From the IMG/VR virus record IMGVR_UViG_3300045988_179859: DNA of 64,000 nt. One strand, 5' to 3'. Within the stretch, counting starts at the first letter, position 1; the number at the start of each line of letters is the position of its first letter. The notes under the pieces were generated by a model. It saw only the letters and a program-made list of their open reading frames with translations. It was not told where the DNA came from and did not search any database. Source of the stretch: a virus. Of the stretch, positions 44,384 to 54,600 are shown piece by piece. The translations under genes were made by a program, and so were the position numbers.

Positions 44384-44412
44384 AGCGAAAACTTTTGCGT
44401 TTTCGCTTTTTA
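44384..44412 (+). terminator. hairpin/terminator agcgaaaac-tttt-gttttcgct
   Basis: 9-bp perfect stem followed by T-run. Confidence 0.55.
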
Positions 44413-44463
44413 TTTGATATAATGGACACATAGATTAAAAATAAACAGAAGGGATCTCACTAA

Positions 44464-45120
44464 ATGAAATATAATCCCGCGGTTCGAAAGAATATTCTTT
44501 TGCAAGAAATGACCGCTTATACTAACCAAGAAAACGTTGCTTTTACTGAAGCGTTGGCGGCTGTAGAGCAACTTGACGATAACACAAATGATGAACTTGC
44601 ACAAGCACTTGTTGCATTTATGCGTTCACTTGTTCATGATAATATTGCTCGTTCAAACCAAGTACGTAATGCTTTGAACACGTTCTTTGATGAAACAGGT
44701 GAGTTTGATGAAGATACTTATCTTTTGTTCAAACCGTATGAAGTTGTTGAACCCAAAGAAGAGTCTGTGGTTGAAACACAAGAGCATGTTGTTGAAGAAA
44801 AAGAAGCACCTGTCGTTGAAGAAGACGAACCGGTTGCTGATGAAGAACCAGTGAGCGAATCTGAAGAACAAGTTCAAGACGAAGTTGTTGAGTCTGAAGA
44901 AGAAGTGGTTCCGACAGACGTTTCTGAAGAAGATGCTGAAGTCTTGGCTACTTTGCCAGAAGATGCTGAAGTCTTGGCTACTTTGCCAGAAGATGATGAG
45001 GCTGAAACCGAAGAAGTTGACGTAATTGGTGATGTTTTTGGTACGTCTGAAGAAGAATTGAAAACTCGTGATCGGGCTGAAGCATTGAGTGCTGAAATCG
45101 AATTACCAGATTCGTTGTAA
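44464..45120 (+). CDS. acidic protein with tandem repeat (218 aa)
   Basis: perfect 30-bp duplication at 44931-44990 encoding EDAEVLATLP twice. Confidence 0.6.
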   Translation: MKYNPAVRKNILLQEMTAYTNQENVAFTEALAAVEQLDDNTNDELAQALVAFMRSLVHDNIARSNQVRNALNTFFDETGEFDEDTYLLFKPYEVVEPKEESVVETQEHVVEEKEAPVVEEDEPVADEEPVSESEEQVQDEVVESEEEVVPTDVSEEDAEVLATLPEDAEVLATLPEDDEAETEEVDVIGDVFGTSEEELKTRDRAEALSAEIELPDSL

Positions 45121-45131
45121 AGGGTGGTGCT

Positions 45132-47138
45132 ATGGATCGTTTTGAATTAGAAGAACATCTATTAGGCCAGGAACAAACAGTTGAACGTGTATCGGACAAA
45201 GGAGAGCGTAAAACACAAACGGAATACGTTTTTCCTATGTTGCGTGACTATGCGAAACCATTGACACCGTTGACATTTCCTGTTGAGGGACGTGATCATG
45301 AAATCGGATTGATTCAAGAAACGTTTGCTCGCGCGTCTGTGTCAAATATCTTCTTACGAGGTCCAGCCGGGGTTGGTAAAACGACTTTGGTTCGGGCGAT
45401 GATTAAAGAAGATAAAAATCGTCTTTACTTTGAAGTGGATCTTCCAAAGATGACCGCTGTTGAATCAAGTGGTGAAGATGTAAACTCTGTTATTGCACGA
45501 CGTATGCAGGCGATGCTTGATGAAGTTAAAGAATTCGGTCGACGTGCTCGGGCGATTTTAGCGTCTGAGGGTGTTAAAGAGATGATTGATATTGTGTTGT
45601 TCATCGATGAATTTCACTTGCTATTTCAATTGTCACCAGCCGCGGTTGAAGCAATGAAACCTGACTTAGCGGATTCTGTTAAACGGAATATTCGTGTAGT
45701 TGGGGCGACAACGAATGATGAGTATTACAAGTATCGTATTGATGACAACTTGCCATTCATTGAACGTTTTGTTTCAATTCAATTGTTCCCACCTAATGAT
45801 ACTCAAGTTATTGAAATCTTGAAAGGTTCTGCAAATGACGCAATCGCTCGAGATTTTACGTTGAAAGATAAATTTAGAAACAAAGGTATCTATTCACAAA
45901 TTGTTGAGTATACAAACCGATATATTCCGGCTTCAAGTCAACCGCGTAAAGCATTGATGATGTTGGATTCACTTATCGGGGCAGCTCGTTATCGTAATAT
46001 TCCAGTTACCCGAAAATTATTAGCTGAAAAGATTTACGATTTAGTTGGTGTAAACGTTGCAATTAACGTTGATGGTCAACAAATCAAGTCACAATTATCT
46101 GATCGGGTATATGACCAGGATTTAGCGATTGATGCGATTGAGCGTTATCTTCAATTAGTCGTTGCCGACTTGTATGATAAGTCTCGACCTATGGCTTCGT
46201 TCTTATTTACGGGTGCCAGCGGGGTCGGTAAAACGGAATTAGCAAAAGCTTTAGCCTTTGTAATGTTCGGTAAAGATGATGCGATGATTCGTTTTAATAT
46301 GTCAGAGTACTCTGAAGAACATCGTGTAACGGCTTTACGTGAAGAACTAGCACGACAAATCGATATTAAGCCATTCTCAATTCTTCTACTGGACGAAATT
46401 GAGAAAGCTCATCCGTCTTGTACGCGTTTGTTGCTTCAAATTTTGGACGATGGTGAATTATCTGACCAAAACGGACGTTTGAAATCGTTTAAGAATACAA
46501 TTATTATTTCGACAACTAACGTCGGTGCTGATGTGTATTCTGAGATCGCTCCGTATTTGAAAGGTCGTGGATCATCTACAGCAATGGCTTTGTTGAAATA
46601 CAAACCGTTAATTTTGAAAGCGTTACGCGATAGCAAGTCGTTTCCGAATGAGTTGATTAACCGTTACAATGCGGTAATTCCATTTACGCCACTACAAAAT
46701 GAAACGAAATTGAAGATTGCTCATAAGAAATTAAAAGATCTTCGTCAAGATGTTTTCTATAAACATGGATATGACTTGCGTGTTGGTGCGGAAGTTGCTA
46801 CATGGCTCGTTTATCAAAAAGGTGGCGGTGTTGCTACAGAAGATGGTGGTGCTCGTGGTATTGTACGTGCACTGGATGATGATTTCAAAACAGCAATCGC
46901 TCGGGCTATTAATAATGGCGAAGCGTTAGAAGGCAAACTATATGCGGCTGTTGATCCTGAACCGGATCAACCAGATCCAGATCGTAAACGGGATATGGCA
47001 TTTACGGATGACTTCCATAAAGAAGATATCTCTAAAGTGTTTGTCGGTGATATGGTGTATGCTACGGCGCTTTCAGCGAAGAACAAAGACGCTATTGCAA
47101 GATGGCATGAAAAACAAAGAAACAATAAGTACAAATGA
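45132..47138 (+). CDS. Clp/Hsp100-family double AAA+ ATPase (ClpL-like size)
   Basis: D1 Walker A GPAGVGKT preceded by EGRDHEI; D2 GASGVGKTELAKALA and LLLDEIEKAHP…LLQILDDG. Confidence 0.85.
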   Translation: MDRFELEEHLLGQEQTVERVSDKGERKTQTEYVFPMLRDYAKPLTPLTFPVEGRDHEIGLIQETFARASVSNIFLRGPAGVGKTTLVRAMIKEDKNRLYFEVDLPKMTAVESSGEDVNSVIARRMQAMLDEVKEFGRRARAILASEGVKEMIDIVLFIDEFHLLFQLSPAAVEAMKPDLADSVKRNIRVVGATTNDEYYKYRIDDNLPFIERFVSIQLFPPNDTQVIEILKGSANDAIARDFTLKDKFRNKGIYSQIVEYTNRYIPASSQPRKALMMLDSLIGAARYRNIPVTRKLLAEKIYDLVGVNVAINVDGQQIKSQLSDRVYDQDLAIDAIERYLQLVVADLYDKSRPMASFLFTGASGVGKTELAKALAFVMFGKDDAMIRFNMSEYSEEHRVTALREELARQIDIKPFSILLLDEIEKAHPSCTRLLLQILDDGELSDQNGRLKSFKNTIIISTTNVGADVYSEIAPYLKGRGSSTAMALLKYKPLILKALRDSKSFPNELINRYNAVIPFTPLQNETKLKIAHKKLKDLRQDVFYKHGYDLRVGAEVATWLVYQKGGGVATEDGGARGIVRALDDDFKTAIARAINNGEALEGKLYAAVDPEPDQPDPDRKRDMAFTDDFHKEDISKVFVGDMVYATALSAKNKDAIARWHEKQRNNKYK

Positions 47139-47192
47139 AAGGAATAGATTTATCAATATCTGTATTGCATGAATCTTGGGTAAAAGAGACCA

Positions 47193-49499
47193 ATGGCGGT
47201 ATTTGGTAAGAAAAGTTTATTTGCGCAATTACAATTTAATGAAACGGTTGCGGAGACGGTATACGATAATATTAAGGAATTGTATAACGATTCCGATCAA
47301 CGAGGCGCAATTGTTGAATATACAGATGGTGATCATAAGAACTATGTCATCATCGCAATGTTAGCTGATGACTTAGAAGCAGCTTTCGGTAAGAAATATA
47401 AGAAAAATGAGGAAGTTGGTTCTTTCTCTGCTTCTATTAACGATGGACTGATTCAAGCGGTTCTTGTTGAAGGGGATTTCGAGTCAGGAACTTTGGCTTT
47501 GATTCCAACAACAGATACGTTGGCGGATATGACGGAATGGTCATTTATCGAAAAAACGCCAATGCACATCGCGGTCGTAACTCCTGATTTTAATGCTAAA
47601 GATGGTGTTATTCTTCTGTCTGATACGGTTACGTTGAACGAATTGACAAATATTCGTAACGGACATATGACCATTAAAATTAAAAACGATGAAAACGGTG
47701 AACCTGATGAAGCAGAAATCATCAATCTTCACGAAGTTAAAGATGAACCTGTTTCTCGTGTAGAAGAAACGGTTGAAGAATCTGATGATTTGGGTTATGA
47801 TCCTGACGCTGATCCAGATGTTGAATATGATCCTGATTCAGATTATGACGAAGTTGAATCCGTTGAAGAATATTCAGAAGATCCTGTGTATGAAGAATCT
47901 CAATACGAAGGCGAACCCGTGTATGAGGATCCGGTCGATTACAACGATACCGTTGATTATAATGAACCGGCTTACGAACAACCAATGTTTGATCCTGAGC
48001 AAGACTTTGACCCGCAAGCATCCGTTGTAGAACAAGTACCTGTTGTCCAACCAGACGTTGAAAACTTAGTGGATATTCAAGAAGAATTGATCAAACAATT
48101 GAATTCTGATTCACTCGATATTGAAGTGTCAGATGAAGAATTCTATAAAGTATTTGGTCAAGATAATCATTCTGTAGAGTTATTCAATGAACAGCCTAAT
48201 GATCCGAATAATCACTTGGATCAACACGTTGCGCAAATGGCGAGCGTTGCAAATACAAGAATTCTTCGTTATTTAGATGAACGCACAAATACGCTTGCAA
48301 GTGAATATGTGTTAGCGCTTCGTACGTACGCTGATAAGCTTACGAAAACACTTGACTATCATGATGGTAATACGGAAGCGGGTCAAAAGTATAATGACAT
48401 TAAAGCAGAACGTGACCGTATTATTCAAACCATTTATATGGAACACGAAGCTAAGAAAGACGAAATTCAACGTGAATACGATGCACGCAAAGATAAATTT
48501 ATTGAAGAACGTAAGCTTCAAGCAGAACGTGAATTCGATGATGAAAATCGTGCACAATTAGCTAAAGATCTTGAATTAGATACGGCTAAACTTGAACTTG
48601 AAGGTCAAGATTATGAGTCTAAAGGTCTTCGTGAATTGCATACTCGTCGTCGTGATGTGGCTCGTGTATTCATGGAACGTGCGACTACAAACTTGTTGAT
48701 GCACTATCGTGATGAAATGGCGAAAGTTTATAAAGGTGTGAAAGAGTTGGCGCTTAGTGAAAGCAACCACATCAATCGTTACATCGAACAAAACTTTGCG
48801 TCAGAAGTTATGCGTGCAAATGCGATTCAAAAACAATTGGATATGCAAGCTGACCTTACAGCGTTGCAAGATAAGTTTAGCGCACAATTGCTTGAAAAGA
48901 ATGCTGAAATTGAAGCAATTCGTGATAAAGCGGCTTCTGATTATAAAGCTCTTGAAGAAAAATCATCATTCAATCTTCGCGATCTTAAGAAAGAATTGCA
49001 GGCTGAACTCGATGCTGAACGTGTGGTTAATAAAGAACTTCGTGCATCACTTGATCGTATGACTGAGAAATTCGAAACTCTTGAAGAGAAGAAAGAAGAA
49101 GAATATCGTCATCGTCTTAAAGTATCAGACGACCGTGCTGAAGCTCTTGAACGTCGTATCGATGCTCGTGAAAAAGACATCATTGTTGCAAATCGTAACC
49201 GTTGGATTGTTGCGGCATTAGCAGCACTTGCAACCGCTATCGGTGGTGTGATGATTACAGCTTATGTAATGAATCAAGCACAAGCAACTACAAATCATTC
49301 AGTTGAAACGCAAATTACGCAATTGAAACGTGATTTGGAAGATGCGAAGAAAGATGCGCAAACTGCTAAGACTGAAGCGAATAATGCTAAAACTGAAAGC
49401 AATACGAAGCAAGCTCAAATTGATAGCTTGACAAAAGCTCTCGGTGATCGTGCAAATCAAGCACAACCAAATGGGCAAAATCAACCAGCCCAACCCTAA
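47193..49499 (+). CDS. acidic coiled-coil protein with C-terminal TM (768 aa)
   Basis: Asp/Glu/Pro/Tyr-rich low-complexity region, long coiled coil, TM near the C terminus. Confidence 0.6.
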   Translation: MAVFGKKSLFAQLQFNETVAETVYDNIKELYNDSDQRGAIVEYTDGDHKNYVIIAMLADDLEAAFGKKYKKNEEVGSFSASINDGLIQAVLVEGDFESGTLALIPTTDTLADMTEWSFIEKTPMHIAVVTPDFNAKDGVILLSDTVTLNELTNIRNGHMTIKIKNDENGEPDEAEIINLHEVKDEPVSRVEETVEESDDLGYDPDADPDVEYDPDSDYDEVESVEEYSEDPVYEESQYEGEPVYEDPVDYNDTVDYNEPAYEQPMFDPEQDFDPQASVVEQVPVVQPDVENLVDIQEELIKQLNSDSLDIEVSDEEFYKVFGQDNHSVELFNEQPNDPNNHLDQHVAQMASVANTRILRYLDERTNTLASEYVLALRTYADKLTKTLDYHDGNTEAGQKYNDIKAERDRIIQTIYMEHEAKKDEIQREYDARKDKFIEERKLQAEREFDDENRAQLAKDLELDTAKLELEGQDYESKGLRELHTRRRDVARVFMERATTNLLMHYRDEMAKVYKGVKELALSESNHINRYIEQNFASEVMRANAIQKQLDMQADLTALQDKFSAQLLEKNAEIEAIRDKAASDYKALEEKSSFNLRDLKKELQAELDAERVVNKELRASLDRMTEKFETLEEKKEEEYRHRLKVSDDRAEALERRIDAREKDIIVANRNRWIVAALAALATAIGGVMITAYVMNQAQATTNHSVETQITQLKRDLEDAKKDAQTAKTEANNAKTESNTKQAQIDSLTKALGDRANQAQPNGQNQPAQP

Positions 49500-49502
49500 T
49501 TC

Positions 49503-49583
49503 GAAAACACTACCCAAAACACTAGTTGGACGTAAAAAATAAGTTCAGAAAACACTAGCTATCTGGGTAGTGTTTTTTTTTTG
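49503..49583 (+). repeat. three AAAACACTA(C/G) direct repeats embedded in a long inverted repeat (cactaccc … gggtagtg) plus T-run
   Basis: repeat copies at 49504, 49516 and 49549; 8-bp outer stem; T10. Confidence 0.5.
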
Positions 49584-49600
49584 CAAGCAAAGGTCAAAAA

Positions 49601-49610
49601 TGATATAATA
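49601..49610 (+). promoter_or_regulatory. extended -10 TGATATAATA only 6 nt upstream of ATG 49616 (leaderless mRNA candidate)
   Basis: no SD; -10 ends 5 nt before the start codon. Confidence 0.45.
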
Positions 49611-49615
49611 GAACC

Positions 49616-51481
49616 ATGAAAAGAACGAATGAATATGTAAAAGTTCCAAATGGAACGATGTTTTTCCCTAAGGTCTATTTGACGCGAGACGAAATTACGA
49701 ATATGTACGTTTACGGACACGTGCGTCCAAGTTGGTTTAAGTTGGTGCTTGTTGACGATTCGGAACTCGATGAAATTATAGCCGTAAATAAGCCTCTGAG
49801 ATCGTCTAAGGTTGAGGCATATAATCAGCTTGTCGCTCTCTCAAACGCTCGCTATGACGAAATGAGAGCCGATTTAGAACGTTTTGCAGATGGTTCGTTA
49901 GACTTGATGGATTTGTCGGTGAAATATTGGACTTATTTTAAAGATACTCGTAAGTTGTTTAAAGATGTTTTGACGGATGTCGATGTTGATTTCTTTTGGA
50001 AACAGCATAAAAAGCACAGTCAAAAAGAAACAACGATGCGAATCTATGGCGTAGAGCACACGACGCAGTTGGAGTCTAATCAAGAACTACGCAAGCAAAC
50101 GACTCGTCAAAAATATGGCGTAGATAACGTTATGCAGTTGGATTCTATTAAGCAAAAACAAAAGGAAACAATGCTTGAGAAATACGGTGCTGATCACAAT
50201 TTTAAGTTATCGGATGCGGTACGATCATGGAATAAGCATGTTTATGAGATCTTAAAAGAAGAATGGGCTGATGTTTTTGAAAAGTTAGGTGTTATGTCGG
50301 CACAAGATATTGCGTCCGTTTTGAATTTAAAAAGACGATCTTTTGTTTTATACGGCGACGACGAAATGGCGCTGATCTCTTTGTTAGAAGCGTGGGCGAA
50401 GATTAAAGGCGAACCTGTCGTCTATCCAACTAATGCGATGTTTCGATTAAATATGACGTTTACGTGCCCATGGTTAACACTTTATAGTAAGCGTGGTTTA
50501 GTTTCTGTTCCAGATGCATTTTTGAATACGTCAGCGTCACGTTATGAACAGATGGTTGCGAATTACTTAGACGAACTTGGTGTCGATTACGTTGCGAATC
50601 ATCGTAAGCTATTAAACGGATTAGAACTTGATTTCTATATTCCGTCTAAGAATCTCGCAATCGAAGTCAATCCGAACTGCTCACATAATAGTAATCTTTA
50701 TGCGACAGAACCTGAGCGTGTCTGTTACGGACACGTGCAAGAGGCTTTTTACCACTATAACAAGTACAAGTCAGCCGCTAAGAAGGGCATTACTTTGATT
50801 CACTTGTATGGTTACGATTTAGATCCTGTGGTATTCAACACGCGCACGAAAACACGCATTAAGCAACTTGTGAGTGGCTATTCTGTCCGATTATTTGCGA
50901 GAAACACTGTGATTAAAAAGGCCACGAAGCAAGCGGACAAGAAAAAAGCACGCGAATTTCTTAATGAATATCACGTGCAAGGTGCGAGTAGAGCATCTGT
51001 TTATTATCTAGTTTATAATGATTCTAATTTAGTGGCGGTTGCGTCTTTTGATATGAATAATCGTAATTTTGAATCGGAATTGAAGCGTTTGTGCGTGAAA
51101 CCGGATGTACAAATTGTGGGGCTAACGTCGAAGATTATTGCTCGTTTCTTTAAAGATTACGATATAGAAGAACTTTACAGTTATTCTGATAATAATATCG
51201 GTAATGGTTTGTCTTATCAGAAAGCAGGTGGCGTTTTGGTCAAGGAAACTGGTCCGTCACTCTTATTTAGTTCCTGGACAGATCCGACAGATGTTTATTC
51301 GTGGCAGATTGCGACACCATGGGGCGCGCGCGAGGGATTACTGTCGAAGTACGGTCAATTTGATTCGCAAGAGAAGATTGACCTGTTTGTCGAGACAGAA
51401 TTGCCTCACCGGACAGACGATAAGAAGGGCTATGACAGAATCTATACAGCTGGTTCTAAGCTGTGGTTATTTAAAAGATGA
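49616..51481 (+). CDS. Vsr/DUF559-like nuclease-fold protein with triplicated KYGxxHxxQL module
   Basis: LELDFYIPSKNLAIEVNPNCSH resembles the Vsr/DUF559 core; C-terminal domain paralogous to 55508-57064. Confidence 0.6.
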   Translation: MKRTNEYVKVPNGTMFFPKVYLTRDEITNMYVYGHVRPSWFKLVLVDDSELDEIIAVNKPLRSSKVEAYNQLVALSNARYDEMRADLERFADGSLDLMDLSVKYWTYFKDTRKLFKDVLTDVDVDFFWKQHKKHSQKETTMRIYGVEHTTQLESNQELRKQTTRQKYGVDNVMQLDSIKQKQKETMLEKYGADHNFKLSDAVRSWNKHVYEILKEEWADVFEKLGVMSAQDIASVLNLKRRSFVLYGDDEMALISLLEAWAKIKGEPVVYPTNAMFRLNMTFTCPWLTLYSKRGLVSVPDAFLNTSASRYEQMVANYLDELGVDYVANHRKLLNGLELDFYIPSKNLAIEVNPNCSHNSNLYATEPERVCYGHVQEAFYHYNKYKSAAKKGITLIHLYGYDLDPVVFNTRTKTRIKQLVSGYSVRLFARNTVIKKATKQADKKKAREFLNEYHVQGASRASVYYLVYNDSNLVAVASFDMNNRNFESELKRLCVKPDVQIVGLTSKIIARFFKDYDIEELYSYSDNNIGNGLSYQKAGGVLVKETGPSLLFSSWTDPTDVYSWQIATPWGAREGLLSKYGQFDSQEKIDLFVETELPHRTDDKKGYDRIYTAGSKLWLFKR

Positions 51482-51570
51482 GTCTTTTGCGAGACTCGCA
51501 AAAGTGCATGTTTGTGCGAAATCGGTGACGAAACTCGCAGAAATTTGCACTTTTTTTTGTAATCGTTTTA

Positions 51571-51580
51571 TGATATAATA
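51571..51580 (+). promoter_or_regulatory. element consensus extended -10 TGATATAATA
   Basis: upstream of the coupling-protein gene. Confidence 0.5.
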
Positions 51581-51636
51581 AGTCTATTGGGCAGAAAAGA
51601 TTATTTTAATGCCATTAGACAGAAAGGAAAACTTCA

Positions 51637-54600
51637 ATGGGGAAATTTAAAAATCCATTAAAAGTGAAACCTCAAACAGGTTATCAAAAAATGAAAAGTC
51701 TCCCGGTCGATCAATATGGTAAATATCGAGATCGTATCAATAGCCAACAAGCAGCTCGTAAGATTCGAAATACGCAAGGCTACGATTCGTCAAAGGTGTT
51801 TGGTTTGGTTGGCGGAATCGGGACGTTTATTTCAGGCTTAGGCGCTACGTGGGTAGTTTCGGTCATGTATCGAGCGATCAACGGGATGATGAATGGTAAA
51901 GGTTCATCTGCATTATCATCGGCGTCCATGTCGTTACCCTGGTGGGCGTGGCCTGTCAATCTATTAGTAGGGACTATGGTCGGATTTATCGTTTACGATA
52001 AATTCAAGAGGAAACAGAGCACAGATCGTATTTTAGATGAAGATGGTCAACTGAACGATTATACGTCAGACGGTCACGTTATGTATAAAGAAGAAATTGT
52101 AGAACGTTTTCCAGTTTTTCCTGACCGTGGTGCTCATAGTAGTGTGAAGCCGTCAGCTATTTTAAGCCATGCGTTTTTATCGAATAAAGGTGTTCCCGCG
52201 GTTATGATGACAAAACGTTATACCGCTGACGTTATTGTTCCAAACGAGGATGATCCTGAAGATTTTGAGATTTTTTATGAAGGTGAAGAGGTTCTTGATA
52301 GTGAGGGGAACCCAATCCTTGAAAAGAAACCGATGATCGATATGGATAAGGGTGGCGAAGTTTTCGATAAAATTAGTATTTTCGAAGGCAACCCTCAACG
52401 TGTATTCGATCATGCAAAAGAATTAGTGTTCGATAGTGAAGGTAAGGCTAGAGGTGACGACCAATCAGCTCCGTATAAGTCATTGATCGATATGATGAAC
52501 AATGATTGGGAGATTCCAGCTTACGAACGACAACGTCCAACGGGTGTCTATTTCGTTGATACAGCGCCGGTAAACGTTATGATTCTCGCTATTACTAGGG
52601 CTGGTAAGGGACAGACATATATTGAAGCGCTTCTTGACATGTGGACTCGGGAAAAACGGCAATGGAATATCGTAAACAATGACCCTAAAGGAGAGCTTCT
52701 TGTTAAGTTCTATGTGCGGGCAACTATTCGTGGATATGACATTGTACAGTTTAACTTGATCAATCCTATGAAGACGGATATCTTCAATCCTCTTGGTTAT
52801 GCGGTAGAAGCTGCGCGTGAAGGACGTATGGAGAAAGTTGCCGAGTATTTGACCAACTTGTCTTCTGTATTCTTCCCGAAAGATGGTGGTGAGGATCCGG
52901 TATGGCCTCAATCTGCGTCAGCTGCATTTGAACGTACTTGTCTTGCGCTTATTGACTTCTATCGAGAAGAAGAAATGGAAATGCGTCGTCGGGCAGAACT
53001 CGATGGGCGTAACGTTCACTTGCTTGATGCTGAAATTAATAACATGTGGGGTAAAGTAACGCTTTATAATGTGTTTAAGATGTTTTCAAGTTTGGTTTCT
53101 AAGAAAGAAACTGACCCGATGAAAACATGGGTTAAAGAAGAAGACAAGCCACCGACGGTTATTAACGATGAGACTGGTGAAGAAGTTCTTGATCCATCTG
53201 TTAAGCCAACTGAAAAAGTGTTGCTTGATTTGTTCTTCGATGCGACAGAAGCGTTGCCGAAAAACCGTATGCGCGATCTTTTGGACTCATCTAATAAGAC
53301 CTTGAAATCGATGATGCAAAGTGAAAAAATGCTTAGTTCTGTATACGGAATCGCTACAGCATCAATGCGTTTCTTCACTGACCCAACGATTATTGCCTTG
53401 ACTTCAGGTACAGCTTCTCAGAACTTTGACATTGAGTCACTGTCATTCCCACGTCGGGTGGCCGTTCGATTCACATCTGAGTGGATGGCTCGTTATAAAT
53501 ACGCTGGTAAGTTGGTTCGTTGGTCTGCATGGACAGATGATACCTTTACAGAAGAACTAGATCCGAAACTTTTTGGACATTCATTTAATATCGGTCGTGA
53601 TGGTTGGGTTCATTACGCCTTTGATGGTAAATTCGAAGGACGTGATGGCTATATTAAGATGGAAATCGTCAACCCTGATAATAATGTTCCGATGAAGATT
53701 TTCTATTTTAAAGCACGTCTTGATTATCTGACACGACTTGATGGTAAGTCCTTCATTAAGAATCCTGTTACGAAAGAGAAGATTCTTCGAAATGGTACTT
53801 TGACCGAATTGCGTCCGGTTAAAGATAAAGAAGGTCGTCGTAAGTTTGTTCCTCGTAACACTATGATTAAGAAGACGGTTAAAGATTTCCGTAATTATAG
53901 CGAGGGCGGACGTAATTTACGAGATAAGGAAATTGAAGTTCATGCGTTTTCTGATTTGAAATTGCGTTATACGGACAAACCGAAATTTGTAAACTTTATT
54001 ACACCTCCGCACTTGACGGCTTATGCTCGTTTGATTTTGATCTTGATTAAACAGGTTACAGACTCTGCGTTTTCTAGTGCGTATTTGACGAAGGCGAATC
54101 AAAAACCGCTTTATGGTACGAACTACATGTTAGACGAGTTGGGTAACTTGCAGTCGGACGGTCATGGTATTAACGACTTGGAAACACTTCTTTCTATCGG
54201 TTTGTCTGCCGATCAACGTTTCCACTTGATTCTGCAAACACTCCAACAGCTTGAAGCGGTTTATGGTGGTGATAAGAATAAGATTATCTCTGGTAACTCG
54301 AACGATTTGATCTTCTTGAAATCTAATGACGTAACGATGATTGATGATTTGGTTGCTGTTGCAGGTAAACGTCACGTTGAACGTGTTAATAGCTTGACGG
54401 TTTCTGAAAATACTCAATCGCGTGTTCAAAAGACAGACGGTCGTATTTCGAAAACGAAAACTGTGCTTGAAGAAGATGTTATTTCTCGAAATGAATTCTT
54501 GCGATTGGATAAGTTTGGTGCGATTGTAATGCGTGCGGGTGATGATCCTATTTATAACTATGGAGCATCATCTCTGCCTCCAGTATTTGCAATGCAAAAC

